From NCBI GenBank assembly GCA_964188305.1, contig OZ076885.1: DNA of 64,000 nucleotides. One strand, written 5' to 3'. Under the pieces are notes generated by a model, which was not told where the DNA came from, did no database searches, and saw only the letters and a program-made list of their open reading frames with translations. Numbering within the stretch: position 1 is the first letter of the stretch; each line of letters starts with the position of its first letter. This document shows, in pieces, positions 12,201 through 23,933 of the stretch. Source of the DNA: Podarcis bocagei (taxonomy: Eukaryota). Both the position numbers and the translations under genes were made by a program.

Positions 12201-12704
12201 CATTTAAATTAGCATTTATGTTATGGGCCTGTGCCCTGAATCTCTTAAATACCTGTTCCCCGGTGGAAGTCTGCTGCAGCCCAGCACTTTTTAAAAATCA
12301 AGCTAAGTAGTCCTTTGGCTTGGAATTGTGTGATTTTTGCATTCTGATCTCTTCCAATGACTGGTGTTGCCAGACTGTCATTAAACAGTTTCATGTGGGG
12401 GCTTCTGCAATCTGGACATGCTCCAACCCTTATGAAAGGATCCCCACATTGTGCTATATGCTTGCCTGAAAGTACAAACTCAAAGACAAGGTGACATGGA
12501 AACCAGCCTTGCTAACCACCATTCAGAGCAGGGAGTGGAACTCACAGGCAGACTTGGCTTTGCCAGACATCTTGGATTTGTACCAGACAGTCATGCAGTC
12601 ATCTTGCAGCATGAAGTACCGGGGTTTCTTCCAGTTCTTGGACTTCACCTTGCGCATCATTGTCCCCTGTTGCATCTGCTCCAGGTTCTCATCCAGCTGA
12701 AGGC
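88..12704 (-). CDS. PLCD4: Phospholipase C delta-4, partial. complement(join(88..266,1652..1768,2274..2430,3348..3515,4077..4229,4664..4808,6765..6966,7330..7561,8892..9021,9947..10175,12546..12704)). Start exon lies upstream and is uncertain; C2-domain exons are beyond the left edge.
   Basis: Spliced exons stay in phase. They encode the PH domain ([11 protein letters not shown]..), EF hands, X box ([22 protein letters not shown]), acidic linker and Y box ([26 protein letters not shown]). Position next to CNOT9/USP37 identifies the delta-4 paralogue. Confidence 0.96.
1652..1768 (-). CDS. PLCD4: PLCD4 exon (Y box: [38 protein letters not shown])
   Basis: ctgcag acceptor, GTATGC donor, 117 nt. 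Confidence 0.95.
2274..2430 (-). CDS. PLCD4: PLCD4 exon (start of Y box: [26 protein letters not shown])
   Basis: ttgcag acceptor, GTGAGA donor, 157 nt. Confidence 0.95.
3348..3515 (-). CDS. PLCD4: PLCD4 exon (end of X box and acidic X-Y linker: [26 protein letters not shown])
   Basis: tgcag acceptor, GTACGT donor, 168 nt. Confidence 0.92.
4077..4229 (-). CDS. PLCD4: PLCD4 exon ([20 protein letters not shown])
   Basis: cccag acceptor, GTGGGG donor, 153 nt. Confidence 0.95.
4664..4808 (-). CDS. PLCD4: PLCD4 exon ([27 protein letters not shown]..)
   Basis: ctgcag acceptor, GTAGGT donor, 145 nt; contains the second catalytic His. Confidence 0.96.
5985..6105. repeat. Representative of a dispersed, old short palindromic hAT-derived repeat (ggactacaactccca..tgggagttgtagtcc). 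Other copies near 7670, 12950, 18210, 22490, 29060, 29830, 36040 and 56390.
   Basis: Recurrent degenerate palindromic motif across the window. Confidence 0.6.
6765..6966 (-). CDS. PLCD4: PLCD4 exon ([40 protein letters not shown])
   Basis: cacag acceptor, GTAATC donor, 202 nt; contains the first catalytic His. Confidence 0.96.
7330..7561 (-). CDS. PLCD4: PLCD4 exon (EF hands: [30 protein letters not shown])
   Basis: ttgcag acceptor, GTTGGC donor, 232 nt. Confidence 0.94.
7858..8336. mobile_element. Non-autonomous hAT (Charlie/Buster-type) element, CpG-rich
   Basis: TIRs CAGTGTTTCCCAACC / GGTTGGGAAACACTG; perfect 8-bp TSD CCCTAGCT. Confidence 0.9.
8892..9021 (-). CDS. PLCD4: PLCD4 exon (EF hand: [27 protein letters not shown])
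   Basis: AC acceptor of a U12 intron, GTAAAT donor, 130 nt. Confidence 0.94.
9022..9946 (-). other. U12-type (minor spliceosome) AT-AC intron of PLCD4
   Basis: 5' site ATATCCTT, branch site TTTTCCTTGAC (9040-9050), 3' end GCAC; the reading frame is restored (CA|A, Gln). Confidence 0.93.
9947..10175 (-). CDS. PLCD4: PLCD4 exon (PH domain: [34 protein letters not shown])
   Basis: cccaag acceptor, ATATCCTT donor, 229 nt. Confidence 0.94.
10590..10642 (+). mobile_element. Sauria SINE / Bov-B-type 3' tail fragment
   Basis: ..gtccaggggtcct.tacctttacctttacctt. Confidence 0.5.
12546..12704 (-). CDS. PLCD4: PLCD4 exon (start of PH domain: [41 protein letters not shown]..)
   Basis: gctcag acceptor, GTGAGT donor, 159 nt, phase 1 to 1. 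Confidence 0.94.
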
Positions 12705-13154
12705 CTGAGCAGGAGATTGAGGGGACTGCATTTCACATCAGAAAGCGAGTGAGGGCCACCGCCCACCCAGGATGGGGAACACAAGGAATATTTGCTTGTG
12801 TTTAAGCATACAGATAAGGAACAGAAACTGACCCTATTGAGATGGGATGTCAAATTCAAGATAGAAAGACCCAGCTTCTGGAGGAAACATTATGCTCTGA
12901 ATGAAACAGCCATTCCATAAGATCCTTCTAAGCAGCCTACCCCAACCTGGTTCTCTTTGGTTGTTGTTGGACTACAACTCCCATCATCCCTGTCCATTGG
13001 AGATGGAGTCCAGCAAGATCTGGAAGGCACCAGGTTGGGAAAGGCTGCTGTAGGGCAAACATATTGATTCTACATTCAGATCTCCTTTTGCTTCCAGCAA
13101 CAGTAGTCACATCCTGCCAGGTCCCCTATATTTCTCCCTTGGACTTAGAGGGTG

Positions 13155-13749
13155 TGTGGGATGTATTATTACTAGAGCAGTCAAGTACAACATTTTCCTT
13201 TTGTCTAGAATGGACACACAGAGGGATGTGGCTCCAGACAGGGAGGACTTCCTGTCAAACCTGCTATGGAGCTTCCTCCCCCTGTGTGTGGCCAGGTAGA
13301 TGGGTGTGAGTGACCCTAGCTGACCAGATAAAAGGGCTGGTCATGCAACCATCTCACTATTACCCTCTTACTCTTGCTGGCTCTTAGCCAGCACATGGCT
13401 CAACCCACATAGGATGGAGCCTACAAGCAGAAAGTCTAAGATGTAGCTCAGACTTCTTTTCACTGTAACCACAGGATACAGCCTGCCTTCACATTACTAC
13501 TGTGAACTGAATGTGAGTAAAACTTTATTCTTACTTTTGCGTTATTATTATTTTAAGAGGGAGATAAAGGGGAAACTTACCAGGAACAATCCAGACTGGA
13601 TTGCTTAATTAAAGGATTCTAACGAATCATCAACTTGCTTCTGATAAGTCGCAAAAGGAATGTTGCTCTGCTGTTGACTCACTAGCGTGAGTGAGGAGGG
13701 ATAATATCAAAACAATATATTCTCTCCTACCTTACTTAACATTCCCACA
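13155..13749 (+). mobile_element. Probable solo LTR
   Basis: TG...CA ends with short inverted termini (TGTGGGATGT / ACATTCCCACA), 5-bp flanks GGGTG / GGGAG, internal TATA-like GATAAAAGG. Confidence 0.6.
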
Positions 13750-15067
13750 GGGAGAGGATGAGCAAGTGAACAAGCACCACTGATGGCTGCAAGGGCTGTC
13801 ACTTGGGAAAGATCTGCAGATGGCATTTTGCCGAAGGCCACCCAAAACCTGGAGGTAGCAATCTAGAGGTTCCCTGGAGACTCAAGAGAATACTCACGGA
13901 CACTGTAGAGAACTGAAGTCATGGTCCTTCTTCCCGTGGGTTGGCACAACAATCACCTAGAACACAGGAGAGTCAATTGGTTTCAGAATTGCCATATCCC
14001 GTAATTTGACCTAGCATTTTCTGAAGACTCAGTATCTGATTTATTTTCTGATGTTTTGCATAAGCAATTCTAGTCCCACAATCATACAGAAGTGCCTTTT
14101 TATCCTTAATCGCCTTATCAGTCCTTTGATAGAAGTCACAAAAATATCTTAAGGTAAAGAAATTATATCTGGTAAAAAAAGGGGGGGTTTATTTGTTGCT
14201 GCTGCTGGGATTTATTTCCACAACCTCTTAGCATTACCATTAGCAGTGATAAAAATATATATTCTCTCTTCATAGCACTTCAGGAAAATATCAGAATAAG
14301 CACCCTCATTTTGATGCAGTTTTCTCTCAGACATGGAGCCGCTGCGTACTTATCTGTGTGGTTCCACATATGTTTTCATATTTGCAATGATGTATCTTTT
14401 AGAAAATTTCCATTAAATTTCATGGTACATCCTGGTTGATCTGTCTTAATGCTCAATGCAATACAAAAAAATCTGGGATAATGATTTCTTAGGTTTGTCC
14501 ACTAAGACTTGTTCTAACTGGGTCAGTGATCAAAGGTTTCTTTACTTTGCTAACCTATTAATACAAAAAGTGCCTGGTTTCAAAATACTGAGAGAGGGAG
14601 AGAGAGAGACAGGCCAAAGCACCACCAGTGACCAGTCAGATTGGAAGCCCACAAGCAGGAACTTCCCCTCCACCCACCAAGTTTTTATTAGGACTGCAGC
14701 ACACAAAGAGAGAAGGTTTAACCTTTTCCTCCACAGCTACAATTTTAATTAAAATAGCTCCCAACCACAGCAATTAGCTTTTTTGGGGGGAGGGAGGGAG
14801 GAATTTGCTTCAGCGGCGACTTCTGTCTGGATCTCAGCTGGGAAACAAAACCAGCTCTCTTTCAATGCAGAAAACCTTCCCAACCCTATCAGATACAGAG
14901 ATTTTTACTGGCCACTGGCCACTAGATGAATGGCCTGCTTTAACATCTGTCGTTTTAAAAATGGGCAGCACATTTACCTATTTAACCCCCTTCAAACTCT
15001 AAAGCAATTTAGAGAAGGAGAAGACTATTCTTTTTACAAAGGCTTTCTTTTTTGCAAATTCCAAACA

Positions 15068-15205
15068 GGTGGCTATGCTAGTCTGAGTGCAGCAAAATAA
15101 GAGTCTTGTGGCAGCTTAAAGACTAACACATTTATAATGGCATAAGCTCTTGTGGACCACAGTCTACTTCCATCACATGCATCCATGAAAGCTCATGCCA
15201 TAACT
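15068..15205 (-). mobile_element. Penelope-like element terminal (pLTR) remnant
   Basis: Resembles the reptile PLE terminus ..gagtcttgtggca.cttaaagactaac..tttat..ggcataagct.., with a decayed hammerhead-like core. Confidence 0.6.
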
Positions 15206-15206
15206 C

Positions 15207-15207
15207 T

Positions 15208-15259
<52 letters not shown>

Positions 15260-15261
15260 TC
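15207..15261. repeat. (TTTC)n microsatellite
   Basis: Direct inspection. Confidence 0.95.
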
Positions 15262-16072
15262 CTCTGTCTATGTCTCAGTCTCTGTCTCAAAAAATGCACT
15301 TCTCAGTCCCCCAAGCGACAGAATGTTCCAGGACAGTCTTTCATGGGGTCTGTTTCCATGTGAGGAGTGAATAACTGGCAAACATGCAAGGAATACTAAT
15401 TCCCAGAACAGCACCAGTCCACCAAAGCAACAGGATCTGCCCAAAATTACTCCATAAGAGCTAGTGGCAAAATCCTTTTTCTCTTGCTAAATACAAAGCT
15501 GAAAAAAAAATTTTTTTTCAGGCCCTACAGAGCAAAACATAACCCAAATCCCTGTAGCTGGAAGTAGTCACCAGCCATCAAGGGCCATTGAAGTAAGTTC
15601 TTTCCGCCATCAAACACTACAACAGCCTAGAGTGGAAAAAACCACCAGTTATGCATATGTAAAGAGTTCATTTGAGAAGCTGAAAGGTACTTCAAACAAA
15701 GGATAGTGTCTAGAGAGGGCACACATTTGAGCAATCTTAACAGTTGCCTGGGATGTAGGGAAGGAGATGATCCAAGGAATACATGAAAGCAAATTTTCCA
15801 TCAAAACAGTGATCTGGGAAAACCAAATGCTTTACCCTGGAGTTGGGGGTGGAAAGAAAATAAAATTCTTCAGCTGCTGAATACATAACAGAGAGCAATG
15901 GGGAAGGATCTCAATCATGGCAGAAAACTCTGGTTATTTGCTTTTCCTATATAATTTAGCAAAGTGCATGTCCAATCATTCCAATAATGTACCACTTCAT
16001 TAAATTAGTCTGAGGAACAGGCTTCCTGCAGTATCTTTCATTAAGGTAATCAAAGAACTGCAGCATCAAAAA

Positions 16073-16590
16073 TACTAGCTGTGTTAGTTTGGTAGAGCAC
16101 AAACAGCAAAGTGTTTTGTGGCTCCTTCAAGGCCAACACATTTACTAGCTTTTGTGCAGCAGAGTCTGCTTTTGTCAGAAGCCTGAAGGGTAATCCTGAG
16201 ACGTAAGACCACCCTGTGACCTCTGGAACTGGCCTGAGACCTCTAGGTATAGGGCGGTATATAAATTCAATAAATCATCATCATCATCCTGAATTAGCAA
16301 GCGTACTCTGGGACAAAGAGATGTACAGGAGTGAGTTCAGACAGAAGTGAAATGCAAAAAGAACAGGCAGTAATGTTTACCTGAAAGCAAGATAGTTACA
16401 GTGTCCAATTAACAAGGCAGTACTGGTAGTAAGACTAATGTTTTGTCATTGATAAGCTAATGAACCCATGTAGTGTGATGTCAAAACAAAATCAAGCCTA
16501 CAATCTGGATTCAAGCCGCACGTGGCTTGAATTAATTGCCTGATAAATTGTAATTCAGCAGTTTCCTGGCAGAATTTCGTTTTGAAGTCC
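16073..16590 (-). mobile_element. Penelope-like retroelement 3' fragment with a nested LINE/SINE tail (about 16200-16287)
   Basis: Minus strand reads DFKTKFCQETAELQFIRQLIQATCGLNPD, like a PLE GIY-YIG C-terminus; PLE-like terminus at 16073-16190. Confidence 0.6.
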
Positions 16591-17226
16591 ATATTCAGAC
16601 TTCATCCCAGCTTGATGCCGCTTTTGCTTATTATTGGCATTTCAGGAAAGGATGAGAAGTGGGCAGGGGACTGTGTCTCTGGAAATAAATTTGACCCTTG
16701 GTGGTGACCCCTCTTTAAATGCTGAACCTTTCTCCTCCTAATGTACCTAGGAGGGGTTTTTTTTGTATCCTCTCAAAAATGGACTCTTAGGCAAACAAGG
16801 TGCACTGGGGTATCAAAATTATGGGTGTGCATTTAATGGAATGAAGCAGCTGACTTCTGGGAAGAGGTAAAAGTCTGTAGAACATGCAGTCCTTTCCCCT
16901 GCATGACGGCAAAAGGCAAGTGAAATGCTTTGCCATGAGAAATCATCATCTCCATGCATAAGCTCATTCTTTCCCATTGCAAAGCCAATTTGTCTTCCCC
17001 ACGGAGATGGCTATCCAGAGAGAAAGGACAGAAAAGGATATGAACCTTGAACATGCGATCTTTGTGCAATGTGACAGCTGTGAGCTGACGCTGACCTTGA
17101 AACAGCTCAAGCAACAAATTATAGACCATGTCATGAATTGCAAGTAGCACCCTAGGAGCACACTGGCCGACAAAAGTAGGTTAAATTAATGTTAGTTTCT
17201 CTTATTTTCCTTGCCTTGTCCAAGGT

Positions 17227-17677
17227 ACTACATGGAGATGGCGGAAATGACTGGCAGAATCCAAGACCAGGGAGAAGAGCTTGTGGAAGAAGATTGGAGG
17301 AAATTTAAAATTTATTTACAGAAACATTGTAAAAATTTTGAATTCTGATGACGTTGAAATGAACTGAAGGGGTTCTAGCAACAAGGTAAAATGTAAGATG
17401 GGATTGATAATAGATAAGCTAAATTGGATATGAATTTGCTGAACCAATTTTTAAAAGGGATACAAAAAAGGGAGGCGTGAGGAAGTCGGGAAAATAAGTT
17501 AACTAAAGATGAGAAGGAAAAAAAAGAGGGAGTTTTGTTTTCTTTTATATGTGTTTTTTCTTTTTCTTTTTTGCGTTTAATGTCTGTATTTTTGTATTTT
17601 GTAATTTTGTATTTTTCTGTTTTTGTATTTTTCTGAACTTTTCTATTGATAAAACTTAATAAAATATTATAAAAAAA
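17227..17677 (+). mobile_element. 5'-truncated L1-type LINE
   Basis: ORF2 C-terminal-like EMAEMTGRIQDQGEELVEEDWRKFKIYLQKHCK, AATAAA plus A-tail, flanked by CAAGGT on both sides. Confidence 0.75.
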
Positions 17678-17902
17678 CAAGGTGCTTTCTAATCATTACT
17701 CTTAATAATTTACATAACACTTTTCATGTACAAAAGTGTGCCACAGTATTTTAAATTTATTGGTTCTCTCCTCCCCCAGTAATTTGAACCTGATAATAAT
17801 GATAATGATAGTAAGAGGTATTATCTGAAAGAGCATCCCACTTATTGACTGGGACCAGTGCTTTAAAAAATAAAAAAATAAAATTAAATAGCCTATCCAT
17901 GA

Positions 17903-18100
17903 GAGCTAGTGGGGTATAGTGGTTACAGTCTCAGATTTAGGTGGCGGAAACCTGAGTTGACCTTGGGCCAATCTGTGACCTTGGGCCAATCTGTCTCTCA
18001 GCCTAGCCTAAGCTCACAAGGTTGTCGTGAGAATAAATGTGGTTTGGGGTGAGGGGAGAGAGAGCAGTGTATACTGCCTCTTAGCTCTTTGAAGGAAGGA
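17903..18100 (+). mobile_element. tRNA-derived CORE-type SINE (Squam3-like), degenerate
   Basis: A-box-like head and core gtgaccttgggcc..tctctcagcct..acct.acagggttg..gtgag; 18-bp internal tandem duplication. Confidence 0.6.
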
Positions 18101-19158
18101 AATAATGTTTAAAATCTGATACGTAGAACCCATTTCCACACACTCCTTTTTAAAAATCACATCTCTTTGATAGGGAAAAGGTTTCCCACCATGTGCTAAG
18201 CCAGGGTAGCCAATGTGATACCTCTCCAGGTGTTATCGAACCACAACTCCCACTATCTCTATTCTTCGGCCAGACTGGCTGAGGCTTATGGAAATTGTAG
18301 TCCCCAACACCTAGAGAGCATCACACCTAACAGCAGCAACATCTGCAGAGCACTACCACTGTTCTAAGCCTTCCATTGGTAACACATAACAGACAGGATG
18401 ATACTTTTAAGGAACCAGGATATCTGTGCCACTATTCAGCTTTTCTTACAAATCTGGCTAGATGTAGCCTCATGCAGAAGACTCATACAGTAGATTGTTC
18501 ACCCTCTCTCTCTCTTTTGGAAAGCAAATAAAATAAAACTTAAGAACAGGCACACAAAGGGGAACAGGTCCAGATGGAAGGGAGAGAGTTCTGTTGCAAA
18601 TGACATCACAGACAATGTCACAGGGATGTCCATAACACTCACATAACAACATTCCACGCAGCAATAGCATCAGACAAGCTATGAGGGTTTGAGGGGGATA
18701 ACCATGTACACACTGCATTGAACTCCTTGGAGAAGAGGTATAAATGTAATAACAAATGCACTGCATTTTCTCAGGCACAAAGCAGCACACTTCAGATGCT
18801 CAGGAATACAATGTAACACCACACACAAGCACTACCTTTAGAGCAGATATGTAGATTGTGTGCTAGATTTGGGAAGCACATATCTTAAACTGCATAAAAA
18901 TGATTGTGCAGAAGATCCTGAGGAATAAGTATTTCTTCCAAAGCCACTGCATAACTCTGTGTCTGTGGATTCCAGGATTCAGCACTCTGCATAAAAGTGC
19001 AAAGGAGCCCCACTTTTACTATATTCATTCTTCCATTGTGACCTCTGGAAATTGTCACACCATGGTGTTGTTTTCCTCCAGAAGAAATCGCCTTGCTTGA
19101 AAAACCTATTGGGCTGAATGCAATATACCTTATCTGGAAATAATGGCTCATGTGCAGC

Positions 19159-19504
19159 AAAGGTTAAAGGTAAAGGGATCCCTGACCATTAGGTCCAGTC
19201 ACAGATGACTCTGGGGTTGCGGCTCTCATCTCACTTTATTGGCCGAGGGAGCCTTTGCACAGCTTCCGGGTCATGTGGCCAGCATGACTAAGCCGCTTCT
19301 GGCGAACCAGAACAGTGCATGGAAACACCGTTTACCTTCCCGCCAGATACCTATTTATCTACTTGCACTTTGACATGCTTTCGAACTGCTAGGTTGGCAG
19401 GAGCAGGGACCAAGCAATGAGAGCTCACTCCGTTGCGGGGATTCGAACCACCGACCTTCTGATCAGCAAGCCCCAGGCTCTGTGGTTTAGACCACAGCAC
19501 CACC
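19159..19504 (-). mobile_element. Sauria SINE, near full length
   Basis: (ACCTTT)n tail, body cttccgggtcatgtggccagcatgact..tttaccttcccgcc, tRNA-like head with B box (gattcgaacc). Confidence 0.85.
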
Positions 19505-21995
19505 ACTAAATCTTGTTGGAGTCAATGAAATAAGTTAATCCTAGCTCTGTACCTGGGACACTGGGATGTCTACAGGTATATGCATAGTCAGTTATCAGTG
19601 TTCACCATCCATCAAGGATAGAAACCTCCACCCAAATTATGCATCGGAAAATGCCTTTGTACCCTACTATCCATGGCATGCAAACTTCCATTCAGCAAAA
19701 GCTCAAAATACCTTCCTCTCTCCCCCTCCCTCTGTCCCAAGAAATGCTCTTCCTTAGATGATCAAACCTTTAAGAGTTTTCTCCTCTAAGCTGTCAGTGT
19801 CTAGATTCAGATTGCTCCATGCTATTTATGTCTATAAACAATCCTCCTCTCTTTATAATAAACCACATATTCTTCAAATCCAACATCAGGTTTATTCCTA
19901 ACTCACCCTTGTATAAGTTGTCCCATGATATGCTGTGACTCAAACTAGCTAAAAACCCAAACATGTGTTCCTGCTGCGCACATGTAATCACAGACATGTG
20001 TGGACGAGGACATGCAGTAACAATCCAGGTTTATACCACAGTTTATTTCACACTGTCATCAGTAATGGATATTCCTAGGATCTGGACCTCAGTTGCCTGT
20101 GATATGGAAGTGATTGATGAAAATGGAATTCTATTACAGCCCAGAGCTGATAAACATTTCATCTGCAGTACTCAGAATAATAGCCATTAGAGGATTCCAA
20201 AACCGTAATGCTCCTGGCAAGACTATGTATATGCTGAGCTTCTTGGATAGTAGCCATTTGATAACCGTATGTTCTTTACATTCATCTGGTCTGGGGGGGT
20301 TTAACCTTGCAGTCACCAATGGTCTTTACCATTACTGTAAATGTCATTACAACAACTGTTAAGGAGCTTCTAAGGACAAATGTTTTAGTTGCTTAAACCC
20401 TGCATCTTATCATCACGCACCACACCATTTGTAAAGGAACAAGGTTGCTAGAGATGGAAGAATATTCAGGAAAATCCTAGGGGCTTTTTAAAAATCAAAG
20501 GGATCTGTTGTCCCTCTTAAAAACAAAAAAATCTGATCCAGCAAGTGAGTGAGTGCTTCCTTCCACCACCAAATGTTTCTCAGGCTTACACTTGTATTTG
20601 TTTAATTGTGAAATGAATGTGTTAAATCCATGAAAAGCACATTCATTTAAGCTACATTTCATTATCACGTTGTTTTTTAAGTGGATACATTTGCAACTCT
20701 CTGACACCACAATCCTGTAAGACGTTTCGGTGGTTCAGAAGCTCCTCAGTTCTGTGGGATTTAAGCATAACGGCACTCTCGATCCACAACAGATCTGTAG
20801 AATATTGCTGTGTGTTTTCATCTGTTTTCAGATTTTTACTGGTTTTTATTTTTATTTTAAATAGTTTTATGCTTTTAATTTATTGTTTTATTTGCTTTGT
20901 AAACTGCTTTGAGGTTTGTTTGTTTGTTTTTACAATAAAGCAGTGTATATATTTTATGAAATGAATGAATTAACTCTCTCGGAATATTAGACATATATAA
21001 AAATGTATGGTTATTAAGATCCACTACCAGACCCACTGCTACTGTGTTTACTGGAGTAATAGGGCTCCCGTGCCTTTAACAGTTGCTTGGATAAATGGAT
21101 TTTACTATCATTTCACAGTGCTGCATGAGCAAGGAGGACTGCACTTGCCAAAAATTCCTTCTAAAATGCAACGCGTGAAGGTACAGGAGCCCTGTGCTCC
21201 TTTTGCATCTCATCAGCCCAGCGGCATTCCACATCCAATCCAGGCAAAGCAGTCCGTCTTGCCTAGGCAACCTGGAGGGAATCGGACTAGAAAGTTGACT
21301 CAGCTTTTTCATGCATTAGCAGCAAGCTCACCAATTACACGTCCAAGTCTGGTTCTTGGAAGTTCTGATGCTCTTAGTTTTGCACCATTCAGTCCCTTTT
21401 CAAACCCCTGAGCTCTCTCTCCAGCTCTTCTCAATCTAATCACCTCCCTTGTGCAGTTTATTGATGCATCATTCATGTTACTAAGCATGTGGTTATGTTG
21501 CCTAAGGCTTCTCTGTGCCATTTGCATGTGGGTTTTCCCCAAGTGCGTTCTCTTGCACACTGACACTTGCTATCAGGAATGGGCTGCTTTGCTGTGAGAC
21601 AGAAGCTGACACACACACAGTAGTGGGCCTTAGGGCATAGTGCTGTGATATCCAAAATAGCTAGTGGGGGATGAAAACCTTTGTGAAGATGGAAGAAGTC
21701 TAAAGAGATTAACGCTGAAAAGATGGTGAATCCCAGCCTTTACCCTGAGGCCAACATAGTGTGATTTCTGAACAAGACAGCTTTATTAGTGTAAGGTTTC
21801 AGTTTTTTACCCTGGTCAGGGATCTGGCATGTGTATATTTTTGTCAGTGTAGACAATACTGAGTTAGATGAAACAATGGTCTGATTCAGTGTAAGGTGCT
21901 AAGGAGGCTTCCTAGTGTGGTGCCCCATTGCTGGTGTTGAACTGAGATTCAAATGCCACTCTCATCAGCTTCTGTACGTGAAACAGGAGGTGCTA

Positions 21996-22213
21996 CAGTG
22001 GTACCTTGGGTTAAGAACTTTATTTGTTCTGCATGTCTGTTCTTAACCTGAAACTGTTCTTAACCTGAGGTACCACTTTAGCTAATGGGGCCTCCCGCTG
22101 CCGCCGGAGCCCGATTTCTGTTCTCATCCTGAAGCAAAGTTCTTAACCCGAGGTACTATTTCTGGGTTAGCGGAGTCTGTAACCTGAAGTGTATGTAACC
22201 CGAGGTACCACTG
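21996..22213. mobile_element. Tc1/mariner (Tigger-like) MITE, family A
   Basis: TIR CAGTGGTACCT.GGGTTA; TA on the left flank; shared body with four other copies in the window. Confidence 0.88.
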
Positions 22214-22963
22214 CACCTTGTTCTTGCCTCAGGCAGCAAAATGCCTTGGGTTGGGTCAGCTTGCCAGGGATGCTCCCTGTTATCTGGTACCTGTTCCTGG
22301 TACAACAGTGAGACTATTTTGTCTCTAACTTTACATTTGGGGAGATGTTGGAGATACTTTTTAGATGTTGTTAGTTTGTACCCATAGGCACTAGAGTGGT
22401 CTTGCCTCCCTCTCCCTGTTCTCTGCAAATAAAATGGGAAGCAGGGGAGCCCATCTCTAGTGAAGGTTGGTGGGGGGGGGGAACCTTTGGCTCTCCAATT
22501 GTTGCTGATCTAGGACTCCCATCCGCCATAGCAAGAATGGCTAATGGCCAGGGATGGTGGGAAATGTATTTCAGAAACAATTGGAGGGCCAAATGTTCCC
22601 CACACCAGTTCTCGTGCATGTACATGGGCATAAGCAGGAAAATGCTTCCATTTCCTCTCTCCCCCAATAACCAAAGCTCAAAAATGTTTCTGAATATGTC
22701 TAAGTATTATTACAGTGGCCATTTTGCAGCGATTACAGTGTAATCAACGCAACCATTGTAAGAGCAAACTATTAAACATTCCTAAGGGGATGATCAGTAT
22801 ATTAACATGCTCTGCTTCAGAATTTATTGCAGGACAAAAATAGCAGCTATTGTGGAATAAACAAATACAAGATTTAACAGCTAGCAAAAGAGTCTGCAGC
22901 AATACATAATGACTGGAGTGCAGGGAATTGTTAGGCTGATACGGTCATATAAGTAGCTGTAAT

Positions 22964-23086
22964 CAGTGCTTTTTTTCAGCCGGAACTTGCTGGCACCTCT
23001 CAGGTGGATGCTATTGCTGTTATAAGAGTACAAGGGACATGTTAATGGTGAGTTCCAGTACCTGTTTTTCTAGAAAAATAGCATGG
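22964..23086. mobile_element. Small hAT-type MITE
   Basis: CAGTGCTTTTTTT.. / ..AGAAAAATAGCA ends; 8-bp flanks GCTGTAAT / GGTGTAAT. Confidence 0.6.
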
Positions 23087-23877
23087 GGTGTAATAAATGT
23101 GCAAGTATCTAGAACTGGAATGAGTAACCTGTGGCCCTGAGGATGTTGTTGGAGTATACTGATTTTGTTTGTGACACTGATCCCAGCCGGTGTACGAGCC
23201 ACACCTGCAAAGGAAGAATTAGGAGCTCACTTTAAACTCCCCAACTGTTCCTTTGTAGCCACATCCTTATGACAACATCACACATGACATCAGGTATGGA
23301 GCAGGTGGTTGTGGTTTGGGGAAAACAGCCTTGTGGACCAAATTGGGACTAGTGCTGGGCCAACTTAGAATCATAGGCTAGAGATTCCCTACTATTGGAC
23401 TATAAGGTTCATCATCTTCAACAGGTTATCATTCTCTTGTTTAAAACATAAGGAAACCCACACTGGACCTGATTCAAGCTTCACCTAGGTCACATTCACA
23501 CCATACATATGAAGTACTATGATACCACTTTAAACAGTCACAGCTTCCCCCAAAGAACCTTGGGAGCTGTAGTTTATTAAGGATGCTGAGAGCAGTTAGG
23601 AGACATTTATTCCACTCACAGAGCAACAATTCCCAGAGTTCTCTGGTAAGAAGGATTGACTGTTAGAAACAGAATCCAGTGACCCTTTGCTGTTCTGAAA
23701 TTGCACAGTAACTTTGGACCTCATAGCTGAAGGGCTCTTTTAGATGTCAAATGTGGTGATCCACGTCAAAATGTGGCAAGCCATTTTGACATTTCCCCAG
23801 AGTGGTTTGAGAGGGCAGTAAGGTGTACTGCAGTGAAATAGTAGAATTATCTGTACATGCCAGGCAAGAGAGGGGTG

Positions 23878-23933
23878 GGAAGGAAGGAAGGAAGGAAGGA
23901 AGGAAGGAAGGAAGGAAGGAAGGAAGGAAGGAA
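23878..23933. repeat. (GGAA)n microsatellite
   Basis: Direct inspection. Confidence 0.95.

Noticed and set aside
23128-23204. Good minus-strand acceptor (ctttgcag) with an exon-like segment
   Set aside because: Weak donor and no recognisable peptide; it could be UTR but is unsupported.
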